A DNA stretch of 54,360 nt from Gemmatimonadota bacterium (lineage in GTDB: Bacteria > Gemmatimonadota > Gemmatimonadetes > Palauibacterales > Palauibacteraceae): positions 1-54,360 of the forward strand of contig JBDHAC010000023.1 of NCBI GenBank assembly GCA_039588275.1, given 5' to 3'. The position numbers and the translations under genes were made by a program. Under the pieces are notes generated by a model that searched no databases, was not told the origin of the DNA, and was given only the letters and a program-made list of their open reading frames with translations. This document shows, piece after piece, positions 8,625 through 17,280 of the stretch. The stretch's first letter is position 1; every line of letters starts with the position of its first letter.

Positions 8625-11600
8625 CTAGGGGATGGGCGGGACACAGCCTCGAAGTCCCGCCAGGAATCTCGGGTCCAAGATGCGGGCGCTCACGCTCAGC
8701 TGCAATTGGCCTTGCAGCGTCTCCCCCGTGGGGAGTTGCCACTGCAGTCCAAACTGGGAGGGGCTCTGCTCCGTCCAGGCGGCGGCGCCGAGCAGTCGGA
8801 ACAACGCCCACGGTCCCTGGAAGCTCAAGACCGTCTGCTCGTCCAGCGTCGTCCCCCTGGTGATGCTGGCCGTCTGTGCCCGTGCGCCGTCCCAACGCAA
8901 GTTCTGACGGCGCATCTCCCTCTGTCTGAAGCGGAGCTCCTGGCCATCGACCCTCAAAGTCACTTCGGGTATCTCGTCGGAAGTCTCGAGCGTGAGGACG
9001 AAATCGACCGCCGCACGCTCGCCGTCCGCGTAGAGCGACTCGGAGATGCGAACCGCACGGTTGAAGTAGGCGAGGAACGCGGAAGTCGGCTGCGGTCTCG
9101 CACCGCTCTCGACCACGTACGTGCCCCGGCGCCGAATGAGGTTGCGCTCGCGCAGGTCGGCCTCGAAAGCCCACAACTCGCTTTCTCCCGGCTTCAATGC
9201 TGCGTCGAGCTCTTCGATGGTGGCCTGCTGGCCCGCGGTCATGTTGAACGGGTACTTCGAGGTCAGGTCGGAGAGCGCGGCGCAGAACGCCTCGCCCCGT
9301 CCCCGCGCCCCGGCGGCCGGGATGCCCGCCACCAGGCGCTGAACGCGCTGTGCGGGTGACTCCAATAGACTTTGCACGAGGGACCCGTTGGCGCGCGCTT
9401 CGCCCTCGCTGGAGAAGCCTTGAGCAAGCTGGCGAACCGATTGGATCACCGCCTCGGCGTCGCCATCGGCTACGCCCAGGTTCAGCTCTTCCTCAGCCTC
9501 GTCTCGGGCGTCGGCGACGTTTCCGATCGAAAAGCTGAGTTGGCTCAGAGCATCGATGTAGGCGTTGTTGGCGGGGACGATGAGTTGCTGTCCACCCGCC
9601 GTGTCGAACGGCATGACGTGGTGAACCGGCTGGAAGGCCCGGTACACGACCCCCGAGTCCAGGGTCGTGTTGGCCGAGATCATCCAGAGTAGCTGGAAGA
9701 TGGGCGACGTGTTCGAGCTCAAACGCTCGAGAGTACGTGCAGCGGCCCGGGATGCCGAAAGCCCCTGAACCGAGGCCGATCTCAGGAAATCTCTCCAGTG
9801 GCCGACGTAGTCCGTCACATACCGGGCTTCGAGTGCCTCGGCGAGCTCCTCGGGATCGATATCGCTGAAGCTCTGCGGCCCCATGACATACTCTTCGCGC
9901 GCGAGGAGCTCGTCGATGTCGCCGAGGTTGTCCTGGACGAAGTCCCAGCCGGGAGCCGTGAATGCCCCAGGCACGGTGACCGGGTCGCTGAGCACGCCCG
10001 CCTCCCCGAACCGAATCGGCGGGCTCCCGCGACCGGCTCGCGCCAGCATGCTCTGGTAGTAGTGGTCGACGTCGGTGAAGCGCCGAAGGAAAGCGCGCGC
10101 TCTCGCGGCGACTACAGTGTTCTCGAGGTCGGCCAGGTCGGCGGGCTCGCCGATCGGCAACTCGCGTGCATAAAACGCGAATTGTGAGTCCGCGAGGATC
10201 ACGGACTCGTCTCCTTCGCTTCGTCCCCAGTGCCGCACGAGGACCGGTGCGAGAAACTCCTGGGTGGCCGAGTCGGCGTAACTCGTCACCTGCAGGTACG
10301 CCTTCAAGTCGTCGTACGTCGAGTTGAAATCGGTCGACTCACCGGGCACGTCCGGGAGACCGTCGAGGGTCGAAACGAGGCTCGTCCGCACGTCTCTGCC
10401 GAGCACGCGATCAAAGAGGCGGAAGTATGCCCCGCGCGCATCCGGGAAGATGGCGGATCCCTTGTACAGTCCCCACCGATACGACAGCGGCCGTCTGCCA
10501 GACTCGTACGTTCTGAGCCGTTGGACCTGCTCGCGGAGGTCGTCGAGTAGCCGAAGATCTTCGAGAGATGCCCGTCCTTCCGGCGCCCTGGCGAGCAACT
10601 CCGCCCCGCCGAGCGCGGCCTGCACGTCGTTCGTGAGCGATCGATTCTGGAAGAACGAGACCGTCGTCCCGAGCACCAGAAGCGTACCGAGCGCGACCGC
10701 GGAGCCCGCGACGAGGCGACGCAGGAGGTTCACGCGCACGCCCCCCCCGGTGATGGCCATCGCGACCTGATCGTCGAGCAGCACGTCACGGAAGAGACGG
10801 CGAACGAAAACCCACTGCGGGACTCGGCGCGTCCCGGACGGCGGAACCGCCGCCGGTTGTGCAGGCCCACCCGCGTCGAAGATCCGCGTGGCACCGACGG
10901 GAGAGGCATCGAACGCGTGCGGCGCGGGGGCCGGGGCGGACTCTTCCGACACGACCGGTCGCACGCCCGTGAAGTAGAAGCCCCGCAGGAACGGGCTCAC
11001 CGAGAGCTGACTAGGCCGACACAGATCGACGAGGAACTGCGTCGCGACGTCTCGGATCTTCCGGACCTCGCGCGGGAACTCGTACGTGCCTGCCGTGCCC
11101 TCCGCGCTCGCCTCCCTCCTCAACAACTCGACACGCCTGAGCGCGAGGGAGTGGATAAGGCCGTCGAAGCTCTCGTACACGCGCTGTGATTCGCGCTCGG
11201 CGTAGGCCTTGCCGCGAGGGTCAGCCGAAATCGGCAGCGTTGCCCCGAGTACGTCCCCGGTCTCGGATGTGCTGAAACTGGCTACGTACTCCTCGAAATA
11301 CGGGATGCGGTCCGCCTTCGTGAAGAAGACGTACACGGGGAGCCGCACGCCCAGGCTCTCGCCGAGCTCCATCAATTGCCTGCGAATCTCTCGTGCTGCG
11401 CTCGTGACGGACTCGGAGCTGCCGGGCTTGTCGAGCTCATCGCACGGGTAGCACACGACCGCGAGCCTCGGGGCCTGACGACCGCGCCCCAGGACGGCGC
11501 CGATTCGACGTGGCCGGAGATGGCGGATCAGCCGCGACCAGCTCTTGGGCTCGTCCAGCAGCTTCCCGCCCGCTTCGACGAACATGGCGCCCTCGCCGAA

Positions 11601-12047
11601 CCAGGCGTTCGCGGTCTCGGTCGATACGACGGATTCGCCTCGATACACCTCGCCCGCGAGATGCTCGGTGTTGAGGCCACTCACCTCAAGGAGGCTCGTC
11701 TTGGTGCTGCCGGCTGGCCCAACGAATAGAAAAACCGGAAGCCGTCCGATCTTCCCCCCACCGATTCCGCCTTCCGTCAGCCGCCTCCGCACCTCGGAGA
11801 ACAAGCGGTCGATCTCGTCCAGCGCTGCCTTCTGCGGAGCGTCTGCGGAAGACTCTTTGGGTAGGCTGCGAGAGAGATAGCGGAACATCATGAACGCCAT
11901 GCCGAGGCCGAGGAACGCGAGCGCTCCCTGGAAGATCATCCGGTTACTGCCCTGGAGGCGCAGGACGACGCTGCCGACCCATGCCAGCCCCAGGAACGAG
12001 AGCAGCATGGTGGACGGGAACACCCGCATCTTGGTTTTCTTTTTCAT
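8625..12047 (-). CDS. tssM: T6SS membrane complex subunit TssM/IcmF
   Basis: Two N-terminal TMs; LPVFLFVGPAGSTKTS P-loop; LPVYVFFTKAD; FLRGFYFTG; third TM; KYPF and GPWALFRLL C-terminal motifs. ATG overlaps the tssL stop. Confidence 0.95.
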   Translation of the reverse strand: MKKKTKMRVFPSTMLLSFLGLAWVGSVVLRLQGSNRMIFQGALAFLGLGMAFMMFRYLSRSLPKESSADAPQKAALDEIDRLFSEVRRRLTEGGIGGGKIGRLPVFLFVGPAGSTKTSLLEVSGLNTEHLAGEVYRGESVVSTETANAWFGEGAMFVEAGGKLLDEPKSWSRLIRHLRPRRIGAVLGRGRQAPRLAVVCYPCDELDKPGSSESVTSAAREIRRQLMELGESLGVRLPVYVFFTKADRIPYFEEYVASFSTSETGDVLGATLPISADPRGKAYAERESQRVYESFDGLIHSLALRRVELLRREASAEGTAGTYEFPREVRKIRDVATQFLVDLCRPSQLSVSPFLRGFYFTGVRPVVSEESAPAPAPHAFDASPVGATRIFDAGGPAQPAAVPPSGTRRVPQWVFVRRLFRDVLLDDQVAMAITGGGVRVNLLRRLVAGSAVALGTLLVLGTTVSFFQNRSLTNDVQAALGGAELLARAPEGRASLEDLRLLDDLREQVQRLRTYESGRRPLSYRWGLYKGSAIFPDARGAYFRLFDRVLGRDVRTSLVSTLDGLPDVPGESTDFNSTYDDLKAYLQVTSYADSATQEFLAPVLVRHWGRSEGDESVILADSQFAFYARELPIGEPADLADLENTVVAARARAFLRRFTDVDHYYQSMLARAGRGSPPIRFGEAGVLSDPVTVPGAFTAPGWDFVQDNLGDIDELLAREEYVMGPQSFSDIDPEELAEALEARYVTDYVGHWRDFLRSASVQGLSASRAAARTLERLSSNTSPIFQLLWMISANTTLDSGVVYRAFQPVHHVMPFDTAGGQQLIVPANNAYIDALSQLSFSIGNVADARDEAEEELNLGVADGDAEAVIQSVRQLAQGFSSEGEARANGSLVQSLLESPAQRVQRLVAGIPAAGARGRGEAFCAALSDLTSKYPFNMTAGQQATIEELDAALKPGESELWAFEADLRERNLIRRRGTYVVESGARPQPTSAFLAYFNRAVRISESLYADGERAAVDFVLTLETSDEIPEVTLRVDGQELRFRQREMRRQNLRWDGARAQTASITRGTTLDEQTVLSFQGPWALFRLLGAAAWTEQSPSQFGLQWQLPTGETLQGQLQLSVSARILDPRFLAGLRGCVPPIP

Positions 12048-12781
12048 CCGGCGATCCCCTCGGTGAGGGTGATCACCTCCCTGACTCCGGGACGGAGCAG
12101 GAGGGTATACAGGAGGAAGAGGACCAGCGCGACCCCGAAGGAGGCTGCCGCGCCGATGGTGAGCCGGCGCATCCACGGGTCCGCCGCTATCGTGAGCTTC
12201 TCGTCGGCCGGCGGCGCCCACGAAGGCGAAAGGTCGCCCCACTGCCCCCGAATGCGCCGGATCTTCTCGTCTCCTTGCGACACGAGGTTTTTCAGCTCAC
12301 TGCTTTCGCCCGATCCATAACGACCCCGGAAGCCGAGGAGCAGGCACAAGAGGTAGACCTCGAGCACGTCGGCCACGCCATGTGAGTCCGGGCGCGCGAG
12401 CAAATCGCGGTAATGATCGAAGAAGATCTCCCCTGCCGTGTGGTGCCGGAATACCTCCTCCTGGAGCGGCTGCCGCGCCCACTCCGAGAACATGGGTTGG
12501 GTGGAGTTGAGGACGCTCTCATCCAGGAACGCGATATACGCATAGACCGCCAACCGCACGTTTGCGGGGTCGTACCCCGCCTGACGCGCATCTCCATCCG
12601 CCGCAACCAACAGTTGCTTCACGTGCCGGCGAAAGGCATCGGGGTCCGTGGCCGCCTGTCGGTTCGCGCGGATTCGCACGGCCACCGTGAGAGCTTCCTG
12701 GAAAACCTGGGCGAGCCGGCCGACCTGTCGCGGGCCCCGCTGGCCCGAGCCCGGTTGGGGAAAAGACACCGCTTCGTTCAT
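12044..12781 (-). CDS. tssL: T6SS TssL/DotU
   Basis: Motifs AFLDESVL, W..QPLQ, AGEIFF and EVYLLCLLLGFRGRY; C-terminal TM; no OmpA domain. Confidence 0.95.
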   Translation of the reverse strand: MNEAVSFPQPGSGQRGPRQVGRLAQVFQEALTVAVRIRANRQAATDPDAFRRHVKQLLVAADGDARQAGYDPANVRLAVYAYIAFLDESVLNSTQPMFSEWARQPLQEEVFRHHTAGEIFFDHYRDLLARPDSHGVADVLEVYLLCLLLGFRGRYGSGESSELKNLVSQGDEKIRRIRGQWGDLSPSWAPPADEKLTIAADPWMRRLTIGAAASFGVALVLFLLYTLLLRPGVREVITLTEGIAG

Positions 12782-12821
12782 GTCGATGCGCTCCGAGAGT
12801 TGCTGATCAGCCGGTACCCCA

Positions 12822-14198
12822 TCAAGCCCCCAGCGCGATGAGGACTGCCAACTCCAAGTCGGCCAAGCGCTCGGGGACGTAAACGCCGATCTCGACCGCC
12901 TCCCCAGCCTCCAGCGACTTCTTCAACGCCAGCCAGCAGCCCTCTTTGGGGTCGGTCTCGATCCTGAAGTACTCGGCGCCCAGCTGGGGCGAGATCTCGG
13001 CCGGTGGGGCGGGGACGTGCTCGAGGCCCATCCCCGAATGCGCCGTCTGCACGAGACGAACAATGTGCCTGGCCGAGCAGATCTTCACCAGCTGCGGAAC
13101 ACGAGAAATGGCTTCCGCGTGGCTTCCGCCGCCGACCTTCGCCTCTAGAAACCAGTTGGCCCCTTCGAAGCTTCGAGGGTCGGGGACCGTGCCACGCAGG
13201 AAGGATTCCTCCATGGGCTCTAATACGACGCGCAGTGCGCGCCTTGGAAGGACGACGGTTAGGTGCGATCGGATGTGCTGCTCGAGAGCTCCGAAACACC
13301 CCTGCAAGTCCTCGTGATCGTATAGAGCGAGGTCCTGCGGCAGGGCGTGCATCGAGAAGGTGCACAGGGCGCCACTCACCCGCAGCAGCTCCATGTAGAG
13401 CTCTTCGGGGTGGGTCGTTCTGGCCTCGAAGTGATGCCGGAGAGGTGGCAGACCGGATTGAATTGCGTGCGATAGCCAGAAGTTGGTGATCTCGTCCGGC
13501 GCGAACTCGGCCGACGTCCCCTCGCTCCCCCGCTCCGCGGCCAGCGCCGCCGTCTTCGCTTCCATTTCCTCGATGAGTCGACGCAGCATCTCCATGATGC
13601 GAGAGCTGGCCCCGATGTGAAGGCACGGGGGAATATAGTGCGGATCATATACGAAGTTGCCGGAGCGATCTCTCCGCACGGTAGCCAGGGGCAGCGCCAC
13701 CACGTCTTCGAGTTCCGCCGTGTCCAACGCGAGGCAAAAGTTCTTCTTCGCGATCGTAATCTGTTTCTCGTCCAGTCCAGTCGTCTCGTCGGAGACGTCC
13801 ACGACCTCGGGGACGTAGCGAGTCGCCACGCCGCCCGGAGTGGGCTCGACGGAGCAGTTTGCCCGACCCGGTCGGTACGAAGGGACCGTCAACAGGACGC
13901 GATGACTCTCTGCCGTCGGGGAGAAGAGGTCTCCGATGGCAAGCGCAGGCGGGAGCGCCTCGTCGGGGAACGAGAACGCGAGCCCGTCGGGCATCACTCC
14001 CGCGGCGTGCACCAACGCGACGGTTCCGTTGAGGAGCGCTTCGTTGTCGAGCTCCAGCCGGGTTAATCCGTATGGCTTGAAGACAAGGCTCGAGAGCGCA
14101 AACGCCGAGGAATCCTCGAAGTATCTGTCGCGGAGCTGGAAGTGATGGTGGGCGAGGTGCATACCCTCACGCCACACGACGGGCTTGAGAGACCTCAT
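12822..14198 (-). CDS. tssK: T6SS baseplate TssK (paralogue 1)
   Basis: VVWREGMHLAHHHFQ..DRY, GVMPDG, YIPPCL, HPEELY and YDHEDL. GGAGG precedes ATG 14198; alternative start 14210. Confidence 0.92.
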   Translation of the reverse strand: MRSLKPVVWREGMHLAHHHFQLRDRYFEDSSAFALSSLVFKPYGLTRLELDNEALLNGTVALVHAAGVMPDGLAFSFPDEALPPALAIGDLFSPTAESHRVLLTVPSYRPGRANCSVEPTPGGVATRYVPEVVDVSDETTGLDEKQITIAKKNFCLALDTAELEDVVALPLATVRRDRSGNFVYDPHYIPPCLHIGASSRIMEMLRRLIEEMEAKTAALAAERGSEGTSAEFAPDEITNFWLSHAIQSGLPPLRHHFEARTTHPEELYMELLRVSGALCTFSMHALPQDLALYDHEDLQGCFGALEQHIRSHLTVVLPRRALRVVLEPMEESFLRGTVPDPRSFEGANWFLEAKVGGGSHAEAISRVPQLVKICSARHIVRLVQTAHSGMGLEHVPAPPAEISPQLGAEYFRIETDPKEGCWLALKKSLEAGEAVEIGVYVPERLADLELAVLIALGA

Positions 14199-14290
14199 CT
14201 CGACCTCCATGGGGGACGGGAGTTAATCGCGGCTACCTCTCTGCTGGGGGCCGAGGAATTCAGCCGTCGCGAAGCGGGTGCTCCGACTGT

Positions 14291-14320
14291 TTGCCTCCGC
14301 ATCGGCGTCAGGACTAGAAT
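14291..14320 (+). promoter_or_regulatory. Putative sigma70-type promoter for the inverted Pro-rich gene
   Basis: TTGCCT-18 nt-TAGAAT in the divergent intergenic region. Confidence 0.35.
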
Positions 14321-14416
14321 CTTATGGGCATCACCCCGGGCGACAACCTCTTGCCGAGGCTGACCGACGGACCGATTCCGTTTCTCGTGCTTCGACAGCC
14401 ACGACGCATCCACGAC

Positions 14417-15682
14417 ATGGACGGCGACGAATTCTGGTCTAAGTTCCGACTCCTGGAAAGGATCTCGGCGGGCGACGTCACGACGTACGTGACACAGGAC
14501 CCCGCCGGGGCCCGAGTGATGGCGCACTTCTTCCGCGGCCCGCCCGGACAGACCAGAGAGCTCCTCGCGCGGCTCGACGCACTCCCGGAGGACCGCCGCT
14601 CCACAATCCGCCAGACTCTCGAGGTGGACGGCTCCCCCGTGATCATCACGGATCACATCGAGCCGTTCGACACGTTTGAAGCGTGGATCGCGTCGGAAGC
14701 CCCATCCGGCCAACCGATCGCCTTCGTGGAACCCCAAGGAGACGTTCCTGAAGGAGCCGGTCCCGCGAAGGATGCCGCGGAAGAGCGAGCGCCGGGGGAG
14801 TTCACGCGGCTGTTCCTCACCGAGCGCGAGAGCCGCGAGGGGCCAGCCGAAGAGCCGCCGGCCCCCGCCGGCGAGGCCGAGTCAGCGGGGGAGGGATCCC
14901 GAGCACCGGGTGAGTTCACTCAGCTCTTCGGGCCCCGGGAGCGGTCTCGGACGCCCGAGGCCGAGCCTCCGCCACAGCCGGAGCCTCCGGCGGCGACGCG
15001 ACCGCCAACGCCGCCGCCACTGCCCCCGTCACCACCGCCGCCGTCAGCGCCGCCGTCAGCGCCGCCGTCGCCACCCCCTCCACCGCCACCTTCGGAGCTT
15101 TCGGGTGCGGACGCGGCAGAGCCTGGCAGCCCGGCGGGGGCGGAGCCTCCAAAGCACCCCCCTCGCCCCGCCGAGCCGGGTGAGTTCACGCGCATGTTCG
15201 GTCGTCCGAGCGAAGGCGAGACCGATGTCCTGGCTGGTAGGCGCGAGCGGGATCCGTCGGAGCGAGATTGGAAGATCGAAGACCCCGATTCGTATCTGCG
15301 CCGTCTCGGGGGATTGGCCCCCGCGGGGCCGTCACCGGAGGTGGATCCGTCAGTTTCAGAACCCGCTCCGCCTCTGGCCGAACCCTCCCCGCTACCCATC
15401 CCGAGGGGGCCGAGCGCTTACACGCGCGTGGTGATGGGGGGTGCCGACCCCGCGCTGACGCCACCTCCGCCGCGGCCCGCCGCGGCCCCGGCGCCCGAGC
15501 CGAAGGCGCGACCATCGCGCTGGCCGTACGTCCTCATCGTGGTCACGATCTTGATTGTCACCGTGGTGCTCTTCCTGTTCTTCGCTTCGAGGGGTACACG
15601 CGACGGTACGCCGGATGATGAGCCGGCCAGGGAGGAGGCCACGACGGAGGAGGCGGTCAGTCCTCCGGAGGGAGAAGGATAA
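14417..15682 (+). CDS. Pro-rich membrane-anchored protein with a kinase N-lobe-like domain and repeated GEFTxxF motifs
   Basis: N-terminus KFRLLERISAGDVTTYVTQDPAGARVMAHF...PVIITDHIE; three PGEFTxxF motifs; C-terminal TM YVLIVVTILIVTVVLFLFFA. Start at ATG 14417 or 14324. Confidence 0.75.
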   Translation: MDGDEFWSKFRLLERISAGDVTTYVTQDPAGARVMAHFFRGPPGQTRELLARLDALPEDRRSTIRQTLEVDGSPVIITDHIEPFDTFEAWIASEAPSGQPIAFVEPQGDVPEGAGPAKDAAEERAPGEFTRLFLTERESREGPAEEPPAPAGEAESAGEGSRAPGEFTQLFGPRERSRTPEAEPPPQPEPPAATRPPTPPPLPPSPPPPSAPPSAPPSPPPPPPPSELSGADAAEPGSPAGAEPPKHPPRPAEPGEFTRMFGRPSEGETDVLAGRRERDPSERDWKIEDPDSYLRRLGGLAPAGPSPEVDPSVSEPAPPLAEPSPLPIPRGPSAYTRVVMGGADPALTPPPPRPAAAPAPEPKARPSRWPYVLIVVTILIVTVVLFLFFASRGTRDGTPDDEPAREEATTEEAVSPPEGEG

Positions 15683-17012
15683 CGAGCTCGAGCTTCGCGT
15701 TGGGAAAGTCGTCCGGCACGTACGCCGCCAGGTTCCGGGCCTGCCGTATCGCATCCCAATCGGGCCCCGATCTGTCCAACCGGAAGTACTGGTAATCGAG
15801 CTTCACCGGTAATGCCCTCGGCGGGTCCGGGATGTGCCTCAGATCGAGCCCGGGAAGAGCACGCCTGATCAGCTGATCCATCCGATCCGCAGAGCTGACC
15901 TTGATCAGTTGCGGGACCTTCGAGAGGAGATCCTCCAACTTCAAGGCGGTGCGGATCGCGAGGTGCATGTCCGGGGCGCCGAAGTAGCGATCCTGGTCGA
16001 TGGCCGTCGCGTGGATCGTGGCCTCGGTGATCTGCAGCGGGAGCGTGATGTGGGTGGCCGGTACCACCGTCTCCAGCAGCTCGCGAAGCGCGGCATCCAG
16101 CTCCGTGAAGCACCGGCCGAGATCGCCGTGATCGTACCGAGGGAGCTCCGCCGGTCGGATCGTGGTCGAGAACGTGGTGAGCGCGCCCGCCAACGAGATC
16201 AATCCCAGCCACAGCTCACCGGGGTGCCCCCGCCGCGTCTCGAAGATGTGACGTAGGTTGGGCAAGTGGGTGTTCACGGTGTAGAGAAGCCAAAAGTTCG
16301 CGATGTCGGAGACGCCGAAATCCGCCAGCCCCCGTCGTCTCTCGCGCCGCATGCCTGACAGGGTGGCGCTCTTGGCCGTCAGAAGCTCTACCGAGCCCTT
16401 CGCCAGCCCCGTCAGATACTCGCTCGCTTCGATATCAATCACCGGAGGCACGAACTGACCGTCGAGCTGGTACTCGCCGGTGGAAGAACGGAGCACACGG
16501 GCGACCGGCAGAACCGAGAAACCCTCGAGGTTCTCTACTTCGGTGAGGAGTCGCAGGTTTTTTTCCGCCACCAGGATCGGTCGCTCGGAAGTCCCGGTGT
16601 TCTCGTCCCGACGGAGGATGTCGTCTGCCAGATACCTGGTGCTTCCGTTCTCCCGGTCGACCGAGACGTTGTAGCCCCCTACTCGGCGCTCGGGGATAGC
16701 GAGGTACAACTTGAGAGACTCGCGGTCGTCCTCCCAGTAGTCGTCGAGGGGCCTCGGCCCGGGAGGGCGGTCGGAGGCTGGAATGTCGAACAGAAGGCCG
16801 TCCGGAAAGATGCCGGCGGCCGCGGAGATCGCGAAGCTGCCCTGCGCCAGAGACTCGCGGTCGATTTCGAGGGTTCGGAATCCCCACGGACAGAACGCGT
16901 GCGAGGAGAGCCGGAACTCCAGGACGTCCTCCAGGAAGCGGTCCTGGATCTGAAGATGCTGCGGGGTCAGCAACACCCCCTTCGTCCACAGCACCGGCTG
17001 CATCTGTCGCAT
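15657..17012 (-). CDS. tssK: T6SS baseplate TssK (paralogue 2)
   Basis: VLWTKGVLLTPQHLQIQDRF, WGF, GIFPDG, FVPPVI, HPGELW and YDHGDL. The ORF-track extension to 17516 is not TssK-like. Confidence 0.92.
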   Translation of the reverse strand: MRQMQPVLWTKGVLLTPQHLQIQDRFLEDVLEFRLSSHAFCPWGFRTLEIDRESLAQGSFAISAAAGIFPDGLLFDIPASDRPPGPRPLDDYWEDDRESLKLYLAIPERRVGGYNVSVDRENGSTRYLADDILRRDENTGTSERPILVAEKNLRLLTEVENLEGFSVLPVARVLRSSTGEYQLDGQFVPPVIDIEASEYLTGLAKGSVELLTAKSATLSGMRRERRRGLADFGVSDIANFWLLYTVNTHLPNLRHIFETRRGHPGELWLGLISLAGALTTFSTTIRPAELPRYDHGDLGRCFTELDAALRELLETVVPATHITLPLQITEATIHATAIDQDRYFGAPDMHLAIRTALKLEDLLSKVPQLIKVSSADRMDQLIRRALPGLDLRHIPDPPRALPVKLDYQYFRLDRSGPDWDAIRQARNLAAYVPDDFPNAKLELVILLPPED

Positions 17013-17280
17013 GATCACGACCTCTGACTTCTTCGAGGAGTGAGAGGATCGCGAGTGCCGGCATGGCCTCCGCCCCGCGATCTCATCTGCTGCCCGAGCA
17101 GAAACTCCATAGTAACTTCCATCGTGGTGTCCCGCGCCGGCAAGGTTGCGCCGGGTCCCCACCGGAGTCCGTCGGCCCGGACGCTCTCTGGCGACCGGAG
17201 CCGGCGAGCAGACACCTGGAGCTGGCCGACGGGAAGCGGAACGGGAGCGGGCTACACCTCGAACTCCACGGGAGGACACG

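Noticed and set aside
10741..10748. C8 homopolymer in tssM as a phase-variation tract
   Set aside because: It is short, in frame, encodes Gly codons and is expected by chance in high-GC DNA.
14980..15095. GCCGCCGTCA-type short tandem repeats
   Set aside because: They simply encode the poly-Pro/Ser/Ala linker and are not an independent DNA element.
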